From Longimicrobiales bacterium (GTDB taxonomy: Bacteria; Gemmatimonadota; Gemmatimonadetes; Longimicrobiales; Gaopeijiaceae): 64,000 nucleotides of DNA. The position numbers and the translations under genes are program-made. A model generated the notes under the pieces. That model ran no database searches. It saw only the letters and a list, made by a program, of their open reading frames with translations, and was not told the DNA's origin. The stretch is from contig CBDAON010000004.1 in assembly GCA_965198065.1 (NCBI GenBank), forward strand, positions 1,856,001-1,920,000, read 5' to 3'. Below are positions 1 through 8,698 of the stretch, in pieces; within the stretch, counting starts at the first letter, position 1, and the number at the start of each line of letters is the position of its first letter.

Positions 1-1332
1 CCGCTCGAACTTCTCGACGAGGAGAGGAATGCCCTCCTCCCTCCGGCGGCGGTGGCCGATCGGGTACTCCGCCACCACCCGCTCCGTCGCCGACCCGTCA
101 GTGAAGAACACCTGGAGGGCGTTTCCGATCGCCCGCTTCTCCGGGTCCATGTAGTCCCGACTGAACTCGGGGTTCTCCCGCACGACGATCGCCTGGCGAA
201 GACGGTCGATGCGCGGATCCGCCGCGACCCCGTCCTCGTAGTCGTCTGCGGTCAGCCTCCCGAAGATGAGGGGCACTGCCACCATGTACTGGAGGCAGTG
301 GTCCCGGTCGGCGGGGTTCGCGAGCGGGCCGGACTTGTCGATGATCCGGACCCCCGCTTCCTGGGTGTCGATCTCGATCCGCTCGATCTCGTCCAGGCGG
401 TCCCGGACCTTTGGATGGAGTGCGAGGGCCGCTTCCACCGCGGTTTGGGCATGAAACTCGGCCGGAAACGAGATCTTGAACAGGACGTTCTCCATGATGT
501 AGGAGCCGAGCGGGCGCCCGAGCCGGATCGGCTTCCCCCTGAAGAGGACCTGCTCGAATCCCCAGCCAGGCGCGGTAAGCGCGGACGGATATCCCATCTC
601 GCCCGTCATAGCGATCAGGGCGAGCCGAACCCCGCGGCTCGTGGCGTCCCCTGCGGCCCAGCTCTTCCTCGAGCCCGTGTTGGGCGCGTGACGATACGTG
701 CGGAGCGCGCCTCCGTCGATCCACGCGTTCGAGGCCGCGTTCACGATCTGCTCGCGGGAGCCGCCGAGGAGGCGCGCCGCGACCGCGGTCGTGGCAATCC
801 GGACGAGGAGCACGTGATCCAGGCCCACCGAGTTGAAGCTGTGGTTAAGGGCCAGCACGCCCTGGATCTCGTGCGCCTGGATCATGGCTGTGAGCACGTC
901 GGCCATGTGGAGCGGCTCCTGGCCAGCTCGGCGGCGAGTGCGGCTCAGGTAATCCGAGACGGGGAGGATACCGCCCAGGTTGTCCGAGGGGTGCCCCCAC
1001 TCGGCCGCGAGCCACGTGTCGTTGAAGTCGAGCCAGCGGACCGCGGCACCCAGGTTGAACGCTGCTGTCACTGGATCCAGCTCCCAGCGCGTTCCCGGGA
1101 CCCGCGCCCCGCCCGGGAGGCTCGCCCCGGGGACGACCGGCCCGAGCAGCTTCGCGCACGCGGGATAGCCTAGAGCCAGGATCCCGCACCCGAGAGCGTC
1201 CATGAGACAGTAGCGCGCGATGCGGCGCGCTTCCGCACCCGTGGCCTCGAAGCCCGAGACGTAGTCCGCGATCTCGGTCAGCACGGCGTCCGGCGCCGGC
1301 CGCTCCGTCTCGCGAATCCCGATGCGCGTCAT
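1..1332 (-). CDS. prpD: 2-methylcitrate dehydratase (MmgE/PrpD family), 3' end runs off the window
   Basis: Manual minus-strand translation from ATG at 1332: [25 protein letters not shown]...[32 protein letters not shown], and near the window edge [21 protein letters not shown]. Absent from the ORF track because no stop codon lies inside the window. Confidence 0.92.
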   Translation of the reverse strand, partial: MTRIGIRETERPAPDAVLTEIADYVSGFEATGAEARRIARYCLMDALGCGILALGYPACAKLLGPVVPGASLPGGARVPGTRWELDPVTAAFNLGAAVRWLDFNDTWLAAEWGHPSDNLGGILPVSDYLSRTRRRAGQEPLHMADVLTAMIQAHEIQGVLALNHSFNSVGLDHVLLVRIATTAVAARLLGGSREQIVNAASNAWIDGGALRTYRHAPNTGSRKSWAAGDATSRGVRLALIAMTGEMGYPSALTAPGWGFEQVLFRGKPIRLGRPLGSYIMENVLFKISFPAEFHAQTAVEAALALHPKVRDRLDEIERIEIDTQEAGVRIIDKSGPLANPADRDHCLQYMVAVPLIFGRLTADDYEDGVAADPRIDRLRQAIVVRENPEFSRDYMDPEKRAIGNALQVFFTDGSATERVVAEYPIGHRRRREEGIPLLVEKFER

Positions 1333-1361
1333 TCCGCCTCGCAAGTCCCGATGCGCGTCAC
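1304..1361. repeat. Imperfect 29-bp tandem duplication spanning the prpD start
   Basis: tccgtctcgcgaatcccgatgcgcgtcat (1304-1332) vs tccgcctcgcaagtcccgatgcgcgtcac (1333-1361), 4 mismatches. Confidence 0.9.
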
Positions 1362-1508
1362 CCCTTCGCTAGAGCGGAGGCCGCCAGCGGGGAGCGGCCG
1401 GCTTTGGCCGCCCACAAGATCACCCGACGTCCCCGCTCTGGCGAGGGGGCCCGGTTCCGGGAGGCCTGGCCCGTTGCCACTGGCGCGATCCTGAACATAG
1501 GTTGGGGG

Positions 1509-2333
1509 ATGCGCCGCCTGTCCCTCCTCGTCATTCTGGCGATCACGGCCCTCCTCTCGCTCTCGCCGCCGGCCGAAGCGCAGCGTTTTTGGAGCCGTCG
1601 GTCCAATGCGCGTGTGAGGCCTGGCGACGGGCTTCCGGACATCCCGGGCGGCTTTACCTTCTGCCGTCTCGTGTACTCGTCCGTTCGGAGGGACGGCTCG
1701 GGACGCGGTTGGGACACCGATTTCCCGAACGCGGACCGGAACCTCCCCACGCGGTTGGGCCAGCTGACCCCGACGCCGGTCTCCAGATGGACCCACGGAG
1801 AGCCCGGCTACGCGGCCGTTCATATCACGGATCCTGAGGCGCTACAGTGCCCCTTCCTGTACACGACGGATGTGGGGGAGCTCGGGTTCTATCCCGAAGA
1901 GGTCGCCGCCATGCGTGACTACCTCTTGAAGGGCGGCCTTCTTTGGGTGGACGATTACTGGGGGTCCGCAGCCTGGGATCAGTTTGCGAGAGAGATTCAA
2001 CGAGCCGTCCCGGAGTATCTGATCGAGGAGCTCCCGTTGGATCACCCGCTCTTCAGCATCGTCTACGAGGTGCCGGAGCTTCCGCAGGTACCCTCGATCC
2101 AGCACTGGCGGAGTAGCGGGGGTGAGACGTCCGAGCTCGGTTTCGACAGCGCCACGCCGCACATCCGTGCAATCATGGACGACAGGGACCGCATCCTCGT
2201 CCTCATGACGCACAACACGGACATCGGGGACGGTTGGGAGCGGGAGGCCGAGGACCCCAGGTTCTTCTACCTCTTCTCACCCGACTCCTACGCGGTCGGG
2301 ATCAACATCGTGGTCTGGTTGATGACCCACTGA
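1509..2333 (+). CDS. DUF4159-domain secreted protein, paralog 1
   Basis: Signal peptide MRRLSLLVIL..AEA; motifs FTFCRLVY, WDTDFPNADRNL, LKGGLLWVDDYWG, HNTDIGDGWERE. Confidence 0.8.
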   Translation: MRRLSLLVILAITALLSLSPPAEAQRFWSRRSNARVRPGDGLPDIPGGFTFCRLVYSSVRRDGSGRGWDTDFPNADRNLPTRLGQLTPTPVSRWTHGEPGYAAVHITDPEALQCPFLYTTDVGELGFYPEEVAAMRDYLLKGGLLWVDDYWGSAAWDQFAREIQRAVPEYLIEELPLDHPLFSIVYEVPELPQVPSIQHWRSSGGETSELGFDSATPHIRAIMDDRDRILVLMTHNTDIGDGWEREAEDPRFFYLFSPDSYAVGINIVVWLMTH

Positions 2334-2352
2334 CCAGGCCGGCGCCCGGCCG

Positions 2353-2407
2353 GCCAGGACCTCACGTCGGCCACGACCCTCACCTAGCCAGGACCTAACC
2401 TCGGCCA
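2353..2407. repeat. Three imperfect 17-bp tandem repeats upstream of the VOC gene
   Basis: gccaggacctcacgtcg / gccacgaccctcaccta / gccaggacctaacctcg / gcca. Confidence 0.75.
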
Positions 2408-2424
2408 TTCCGGAGACAGAAGCG

Positions 2425-3225
2425 ATGAAGCGTCTCGTGGTCCCGGTTCTCGCCTTCTCCCTCGCCGTTCCAGTCCGCGCCCAGCTGGCTCCGCCGAACG
2501 CGGAGGGGCTCACCTACGGGGCCGTGCACCTGAACGTGAGCGACGTCGCTCTCCATCAGAGGCTCTGGGTGGAGCACTTCGGCGGGGAGGTCGTCCAGCG
2601 AGGCTCGCTCGTTGCGATCAAGTACCCGGGGATGCTCCTCGTCCTCTCGAACCGGGCCCCCACTGGCGGGTCGCAGGGCTCGGTCATGGATCACTTCGGC
2701 TTCAAGGTGCGTGACATCGAGCCCGTGCTCGAAAGATGGCGTGCCGCGGGACTCACGGTCCAGAGCGAGTTCGACGGTGCCGAGGGATTCCAGAACGCCT
2801 ATCTGCTCGCCCCGGACGGAGTGCGAGTCGAGCTCCAGGAGGACCCCGAGATGACCGTGGACGTGATCGGCTACCACGTCCACTTCATCACGCCGGATTA
2901 CGAGTCGCTGCTCGACTGGTACATCGCGACGTTCGGGGTGGAGCGCTTCCAGCGGGGGACAATCGCGACCACCGCGAACGCCCCCGGGATGAACCTGAGC
3001 TTCGGAAACTCGGGCACGCCGCGCGAGCCGACACGGGGCAGGGCGATCGATCACATCGGGTTCGAGGTCGCCGACCTCGACACCTTCGCGCGCCAGCTCG
3101 AGGCCAAGGGGATCACACTCGACAGCGCGCCCAGGGAGGTTACGACCCTGGGGCTCAAGATCGCTTTCCTGACGGACCCATCGGGCGTTTACATCGAGCT
3201 GACGGAAGGCTTCGACGGGTGGTGA
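2425..3225 (+). CDS. Secreted two-domain VOC (glyoxalase-like) protein
   Basis: Signal peptide; VHLNV, DHFGFKV, PDGVRVELQE, DHIGFEV, DPSGVYIELTE. Confidence 0.85.
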   Translation: MKRLVVPVLAFSLAVPVRAQLAPPNAEGLTYGAVHLNVSDVALHQRLWVEHFGGEVVQRGSLVAIKYPGMLLVLSNRAPTGGSQGSVMDHFGFKVRDIEPVLERWRAAGLTVQSEFDGAEGFQNAYLLAPDGVRVELQEDPEMTVDVIGYHVHFITPDYESLLDWYIATFGVERFQRGTIATTANAPGMNLSFGNSGTPREPTRGRAIDHIGFEVADLDTFARQLEAKGITLDSAPREVTTLGLKIAFLTDPSGVYIELTEGFDGW

Positions 3226-3397
3226 CGGCCCGCCGATCATGCGATCGCTTTGATGGCAGGGTCCCGGGAGGGTGAGAACGGCTCCGCGTACGCGAGTCAC
3301 GGGCATTGATGGTGGACTCGGAGTCGGGCCGGCCCCGGTCGGTCCGGCTCCCGTCGCCACAGTTGCCACGCATGGACCACGGCCCCTAGCTTCGGGA

Positions 3398-4213
3398 ATG
3401 CGTGTGCTCCTCGCCCTTCTCGGGGCCGTCTTCCTGGCCTCGATCTGGCCGCCGACACCCGTTCACGCGCAGCGATCGTTCGGCCGCACGAGGGTCCGCC
3501 TCGGCGACGGGCTTCCGGACCGACCGGGCGGGTTCACGTTCTGCCGGCTGGCCTACTTCTCGACGCGGAGGGACAGCTCGGGCGGCGGGTGGGACACGGA
3601 CTTCCCGAACGCCGACCGGAATCTCCCAACCCGGCTGGGTCAGCTGACGCCGACCCCGGTCTCGGAGTGGTCGCACGGAGAGCCCGGCTACGCCGTCGTC
3701 GACGCGACCGATCCGGACCTCTATCGTTGCGCGTTTATCATGGCCACCGACGTGGGGGAGCTGGGCCTCGACCCGCCGGAGGTGGACGCGCTAAGGGATT
3801 ACTTCCTTAAGGGTGGATTCCTCTGGGTAGACGACTTCTGGGGCTCGTCCGGGTGGGATCACTTCGCGAGGGAGATCGGGCAGGTCCTGCCCGAGTTCCC
3901 GATCGTAGACCTTCCGCTCGACCACCCGCTGTTCAGCATCGTTTACACGATCCCCGAGGTGCCCCAGATCCCCTCGATCGGGTCCTGGCGTCGGCTCGGG
4001 GGCGGCACGTCGGAGCTGGGCTACGACAGCCAGACTCCACACATGCGGGCCATCATGGATGACCAAGGGCGGATCCTCGTCCTGATCACGCACAACACCG
4101 ACATCTCGGACGGCTGGGAGCGCGAGGCCGAGGATCCTCAGTTCTTCTATCTGTTCTCCCCCGATGCCTACGCGATCGGCGTGAACGTCACCGTCTGGGT
4201 GATGACGCATTAG
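3398..4213 (+). CDS. DUF4159-domain secreted protein, paralog 2
   Basis: Shares DFPNADRNLPTRLGQLTPTPVS and DGWEREAEDP with 1509-2333; start placed at the ATG of the signal peptide MRVLLALLG. Confidence 0.8.
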   Translation: MRVLLALLGAVFLASIWPPTPVHAQRSFGRTRVRLGDGLPDRPGGFTFCRLAYFSTRRDSSGGGWDTDFPNADRNLPTRLGQLTPTPVSEWSHGEPGYAVVDATDPDLYRCAFIMATDVGELGLDPPEVDALRDYFLKGGFLWVDDFWGSSGWDHFAREIGQVLPEFPIVDLPLDHPLFSIVYTIPEVPQIPSIGSWRRLGGGTSELGYDSQTPHMRAIMDDQGRILVLITHNTDISDGWEREAEDPQFFYLFSPDAYAIGVNVTVWVMTH

Positions 4214-4215
4214 GG

Positions 4216-4305
4216 CCGTTGCGCCCCGCGCGAACGGACTCGACTGATGATGCCCGCCCGGGTGGCGATGGCCCTCCCGTTGCGCCCCGCGCGAACGGAC
4301 TCGAC
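4216..4305. repeat. Two exact 29-bp direct repeats separated by 32 bp
   Basis: ccgttgcgccccgcgcgaacggactcgac at 4216-4244 and 4277-4305. Confidence 0.9.
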
Positions 4306-4507
4306 CTCGACCCCAAGCGCCATCAGGCCCATCGTGAAGCTACCGTACGCGCTGATCCCCGAGCCCTTCTTCGTAATCGTGGTGCTTCGAGCTGCTCAGC
4401 GTAGCCTCCAGGAACGTGGGCCAGATGAGCGGGACCCACCGCCGGCACAGCTGCTCTCGACCGCCGGCTCGTTAGAGCGGGTGAACCCCCCGGCCGCCAT
4501 ACAGCCC

Positions 4508-4933
4508 TCAGGTCGGTGACGCCTCACGGTTCTCTCGGTACCACGCCCGCACGTACTCGACCGCTTCGCTCGTAGGCGTGCCGGGCCCAAAGAGACGGCC
4601 GATCCCCAGTCGGCCGAGCTCCGCAGCATCCTCGTCAGGAATGATGCCGCCGCCGGTGAGGAGCACGTCGCGCGCTCCCTCCGCCTCGAGGAGTTCCTTT
4701 ACCCGGGGGAAAAGGGTGAGGTGGGCCCCGGACAGGACCGAGAGGGCGACGACGTCCACGTCCTCCTCGACGGCGATGCGTGCGATCGCCTCGGGTCGCT
4801 GGTGAAGCCCCGTATAGATGACCTCGAAGCCGGCGTCCCGGAAGGCGCTGGCGATCACCTTCGCACCGCGGTCGTGACCATCGAGCCCGGGCTTCGCGAC
4901 CAGCACCCGGATTCGGCCTGTGCTCTCCGACAT
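4508..4933 (-). CDS. Cobalamin-binding small subunit of an acyl-CoA mutase
   Basis: [25 protein letters not shown] (DxHxxG motif), [14 protein letters not shown]. Confidence 0.93.
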   Translation of the reverse strand: MSESTGRIRVLVAKPGLDGHDRGAKVIASAFRDAGFEVIYTGLHQRPEAIARIAVEEDVDVVALSVLSGAHLTLFPRVKELLEAEGARDVLLTGGGIIPDEDAAELGRLGIGRLFGPGTPTSEAVEYVRAWYRENREASPT

Positions 4934-4935
4934 GA

Positions 4936-6723
4936 TCAGTAGAAGACGGGCTCTCGGAACGCGCCGAACACGCTCTCCATGGCCTCGCGGATCTCGAAGA
5001 GCGTGCAGTCGGCCCTGGCGCACTCGAGCACGGACGGCACCAGGTTTTCGCCGGAGCGGCAGGCCGCCTCGAGTGATGCCACCGCTCGCGCAGCCTCGTC
5101 CCCGTCCCTCTCGCTCCGGAGCCGCGCCAGCCTCCGTATCTGCTGTTCCGCCTGCTCCGGACCGATCCTGAGCACCTCGATCTCCGGTCGCTCCGAGCCC
5201 TCGGTGAAGCGATTCACGCCCACGACGACCCAACGGCCGGCCTCCATCTCCCCCTGATGTCGCTCGGCGGACTCAGCGATACGCCTCTGGAACCACCCCG
5301 ACTCGATTCCGGGCACCACGCCACCCACCGCGTCGATCTCGCGGAAGATCTCTTCGGCCTCCGACTCGATCTCGTCTGTCAGGGTCTCGACGAAATACGA
5401 ACCGGCCAAGGGATCGATGACGTTCGCCACCCTCGTCTCGTAGGCCAGGACCTGCTGGGTTCTGAGAGCGATCCGGGCCGCCTTCTCCGTCGGCAGGGCG
5501 AGCGTCTCGTCCAACGAGTTCGTGTGGAGCGACTGGGTTCCGCCGAGGACCGCCGCCAGGGCCTGGTAGGCAACGCGTACGATGTTGTTCTCGGGCTGCT
5601 GCGCGGTCAGCGTCACCCCGGCGGTCTGGGCATGCATCCGAAGCCGCCGCGCCTCGGGCGTGCGAGCCCCGTATCGCTCCTCCATCACGCGAGACCAGAT
5701 CCTTCGGGCCGCCCGGAGCTTGGCCACCTCCTCGAAGAGGTCGTTGTGGATGTCGAAGAAGAAGGAGAGACGTGGCGCGAACTCGTCCACTCCGAGCCCC
5801 CTCTCGAGAGCCCGCTCGACATACTCGAACCCGTTCCTGAGAGTGAAGGCGAGCTCTTCCGCGGCAGTGGCCCCGGCTTCGCGGATGTGGTAGCCGGAGA
5901 TGGAGATCGGGTTGTACCTGGGCATGTTCCGGGTGCACCACTCGAACATGTCCACGATGCACCGGAGCGCCGGTTCGGGAGGAAAGATCCAGGTGTGCTG
6001 GGCCTGGTACTCCTTCAGGATGTCGTTCTGCACCGTGCCGCGCAGCTCCGCCACGTCCACTCCCTGCCGCTCGGCCGCAGCCACGTAGAACGCGAAGAGG
6101 ATGATGGCAGGACCGTTCACGGTCATGGACACGGAAACCCGGTCCAGCGGAATGCCTTGGAAGAGCGTCTCCATGTCCCTCGCCGACGAGACGGCGACGC
6201 CACAGATCCCGACCTCGCCCTCCGCGCGCGGATGGTCGGCGTCGTAGCCCATGAGGGTCGGCACGTCGAACGCCACGGAGAGGCCGGTCTGACCATGACC
6301 GAGGAGGTAATGGTAGCGCCGGTTCGTCTCCTCGACGCTCCCGAATCCCGAGAACTGGCGCTGCGTCCAGAGGCGGGTGCGGTACATCGTGTGGTAGGGG
6401 CCACGGGTGTACGGGGGCTCCCCCGGCAGCCCCAGGGCCTCCATGTATCCGGGAGCCCCGGCGCGGTCGAGCGTCGTGTAGAGAGGCTTCACCTCCCGGC
6501 CCGAGCCTGTCGTGAATGCTGCGTCGCGCCGCGCCACACCCCGAGCTCGCTCCTGCCAGCGGGCGAGCTCTTCACGAAGACGGCGGATCTCCTCGTCCGC
6601 CTCCGCCGGCCGGCCGACGAGCTCGGCATGTCCTGACTCGGGCTGGGCAGGTCCGGCGTTCGGGCCGCCGGACGCCTCCACAACTCGGCTCTCCTCGACT
6701 GCCCGGCTCTCTCGGATGGACAT
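4936..6723 (-). CDS. B12-dependent acyl-CoA mutase large subunit (methylmalonyl-CoA mutase family; isobutyryl-CoA mutase-like residues)
   Basis: [60 protein letters not shown]. Confidence 0.93.
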   Translation of the reverse strand: MSIRESRAVEESRVVEASGGPNAGPAQPESGHAELVGRPAEADEEIRRLREELARWQERARGVARRDAAFTTGSGREVKPLYTTLDRAGAPGYMEALGLPGEPPYTRGPYHTMYRTRLWTQRQFSGFGSVEETNRRYHYLLGHGQTGLSVAFDVPTLMGYDADHPRAEGEVGICGVAVSSARDMETLFQGIPLDRVSVSMTVNGPAIILFAFYVAAAERQGVDVAELRGTVQNDILKEYQAQHTWIFPPEPALRCIVDMFEWCTRNMPRYNPISISGYHIREAGATAAEELAFTLRNGFEYVERALERGLGVDEFAPRLSFFFDIHNDLFEEVAKLRAARRIWSRVMEERYGARTPEARRLRMHAQTAGVTLTAQQPENNIVRVAYQALAAVLGGTQSLHTNSLDETLALPTEKAARIALRTQQVLAYETRVANVIDPLAGSYFVETLTDEIESEAEEIFREIDAVGGVVPGIESGWFQRRIAESAERHQGEMEAGRWVVVGVNRFTEGSERPEIEVLRIGPEQAEQQIRRLARLRSERDGDEAARAVASLEAACRSGENLVPSVLECARADCTLFEIREAMESVFGAFREPVFY

Positions 6724-6735
6724 CCTCCGGCTCCT

Positions 6736-7722
6736 TCAGGATGGCTGATCGCGGCAGGCATCTAGGATACGCATGGCCACCGAGTAGGGCGTGCCCTGCC
6801 CTCGAACGGCATCCTCGACCCCCGATTCCATCAGGGTCCGCACCCCTCGGTCACTCCATACCCTTCGTCGGAACTCCTGCTCCACTAGGTCGCGAATCCT
6901 GGCGCGGATCCGACGTTCCCGCCGGTGCTGCGCCTCTCCGCTCTCTACCAGCCAGGTGCGGTGAGAGTCGAGGGCTTCGAGCAGGGCGTCCACGCCGTCT
7001 CCCGACGTGGCGACCACGCGGAGGACCGGAGGGTTCCACTCGGCGGCGGCTCCGCGCGACCCGCGCAGGCCGAGCGCCTGCCCCAGAGCCCGAACGACCT
7101 CGTCCGCCCCTGAGCGGTCCGACTTGTTCACGACGAAGACGTCGGCAATCTCCATGAGCCCCGCCTTCATGGCCTGGACCACGTCACCGGATTCGGGGGA
7201 GAGCGTTACCACCACCGTGTCCGCGACGCCTGTGATCTCCATGTCGGTCTGTCCGACACCCACACTTTCGACCACGACCCGATCGAACCCGAACGCCTCC
7301 AGGAGGTCCACGACCTCGAGCGTGGTCGTCGCGAGCCCACCGAGGGCGCTTCGCGTGGCCATGGATCGGATGAACACATCCCGGTCGGTGGCGAGCTCGC
7401 CCATGCGGACGCGGTCGCCCAAAAGGGCGCCGCCGGAGTAAGGCGAGGTCGGATCCACGGCTACGATGCCCACGCGCTCCCCCCGTTCCCGGAAGGCCGC
7501 CGCGAGCGCGCGGACGAGCGTGGACTTGCCCACGCCCGGCGGTCCGGTCAGCCCGACCCGGAGGCAGGTCGGCCGGGTCGGGAGCAGGGATTGCATCAAT
7601 TCCCGAGCACCCGGAGCCTCGTCTTCGATGATCGAGATGGCGCGAGAGAGAGCGGACCGGTCTCCAGCGTGAAACCGCGTGAGGAGATCCCCGAGCGCGG
7701 CATCGTGCCTCTCCGGCGTCAC
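6736..7722 (-). CDS. meaB: Mutase-associated GTPase chaperone (MeaB/ArgK family)
   Basis: GPPGVGKST, AVDPTSPYSGGALLGDRVRM, ESVGVGQ, VNKSD; directly upstream of the mutase genes. Confidence 0.93.
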   Translation of the reverse strand: MTPERHDAALGDLLTRFHAGDRSALSRAISIIEDEAPGARELMQSLLPTRPTCLRVGLTGPPGVGKSTLVRALAAAFRERGERVGIVAVDPTSPYSGGALLGDRVRMGELATDRDVFIRSMATRSALGGLATTTLEVVDLLEAFGFDRVVVESVGVGQTDMEITGVADTVVVTLSPESGDVVQAMKAGLMEIADVFVVNKSDRSGADEVVRALGQALGLRGSRGAAAEWNPPVLRVVATSGDGVDALLEALDSHRTWLVESGEAQHRRERRIRARIRDLVEQEFRRRVWSDRGVRTLMESGVEDAVRGQGTPYSVAMRILDACRDQPS

Positions 7723-7792
7723 GGGCGGTGGGGCCTGCTAAGACGGCCGTCTACGCTCGGCGTGGTGGGTGGTTCGCCCCGATGGAGGAGAA

Positions 7793-7845
7793 CGGCCCCG
7801 GCGGCAGGGAAGCGGCTTGGAGCGCTACGCTGGCCGCCGGGGCCG
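7793..7845. terminator. 13-bp perfect inverted repeat downstream of the cupin gene (possible terminator)
   Basis: cggccccggcggc (7793-7805) ... gccgccggggccg (7833-7845); weak U-tract. Confidence 0.45.
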
Positions 7846-7857
7846 AGAAACCTGACC

Positions 7858-8355
7858 TCAGCGCCCTCCTCCACCTCCAGACGGCGCGTCCGGCTGAGGG
7901 ACGGAGGTCGTGTTGACCGGCCCGAACCCCCAGATCTGGACGACCACCTCTTCATCCTTGGCCATGTCGTAATGGACCCCGCCGGCCGGCTCGTAGATGA
8001 AGGTTCCCGGCCCCACCGGAATCGTGCTGTCCGGATCGTAGACCTCGGCCGCCGCGCCCGTGGACACCCACCACGTTCCCTTCATCACGTGGATGTGCCG
8101 GTCCTGATCGTGGAAATGCGGACGGCTCCCGCTTCCCGGCGGCCACGTGATCTGAAGCACGTAGAGCCCGGGTTCACGGGAATTCCCGAGGATGCGGACC
8201 GACCTACCGCCGTCTTCGGTGGGCCGAGTGTCCTCGGGCCGCGCGATCAGGAAGCCCTCAGGATCGCGGGGCAGCTGGGCCGAAGCGTCCGGGGCACCGA
8301 TTAGCAGCGCCCCCACGGCGCAACCGAACAATGTCACCGCTCTCGGGAATGTCAT
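7858..8355 (-). CDS. Secreted cupin-domain protein
   Basis: Signal peptide MTFPRAVTLFG..ASA after an AGGAGGAG RBS; PHFHDQDRHIHVMKGTWW and PAGGVHYD. Confidence 0.85.
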   Translation of the reverse strand: MTFPRAVTLFGCAVGALLIGAPDASAQLPRDPEGFLIARPEDTRPTEDGGRSVRILGNSREPGLYVLQITWPPGSGSRPHFHDQDRHIHVMKGTWWVSTGAAAEVYDPDSTIPVGPGTFIYEPAGGVHYDMAKDEEVVVQIWGFGPVNTTSVPQPDAPSGGGGGR

Positions 8356-8698
8356 GGCTCCTCCTCGTCTTCGGATGGAAAAATGCAACCAGGACAACTT
8401 ATACCTCCAGGGGCCTTTGCACGACAGCGTCGCCGTTCGGCAGGGGATCTTTTGTCTGGGCCCCCCGGTACGGAAACCAGTCAACGGCGAGCCGTAGCGC
8501 ACGGTCGGAGCCCATGGAAGAGGGTGGTTGACGCGGGTAGGGACATCTATTCTTTTGGGTGTCTCTGTGCGGGTGTCGCGGTGTAGCCAATCATGTTACG
8601 GAGCCGGGTGCCCGCGCTGTCGGGCCGTCATCGGAGTGGCCCCGCCGAGGCAGAGCCTCCCGGCCCAGTCTCCAGGTCTACTGCAGGAGAGCGGCAAA

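Noticed and set aside
52..1173. 373-aa plus-strand ORF
   Set aside because: Antisense shadow of prpD. The same applies to 5257-6636, 11853-13124, 25309-26451, 28929-30689, 33584-35020, 43219-45120, 48345-49934 and 51103-52539, which lie opposite motif-bearing genes in GC-rich DNA.
4216..4305. Bona fide CRISPR array call
   Set aside because: Only two repeats, no hairpin, no leader and no cas genes; kept only as a repeat and a low-confidence finding.
7723..7857. Cobalamin riboswitch upstream of meaB and the mutase genes
   Set aside because: Short interval with one GC hairpin; no recognisable B12-box or conserved GGGAA core.
8528..8553. Sigma70 promoter TTGACG...TATTCT for the TPR gene
   Set aside because: Spacer is 14 bp, too short to support a call.
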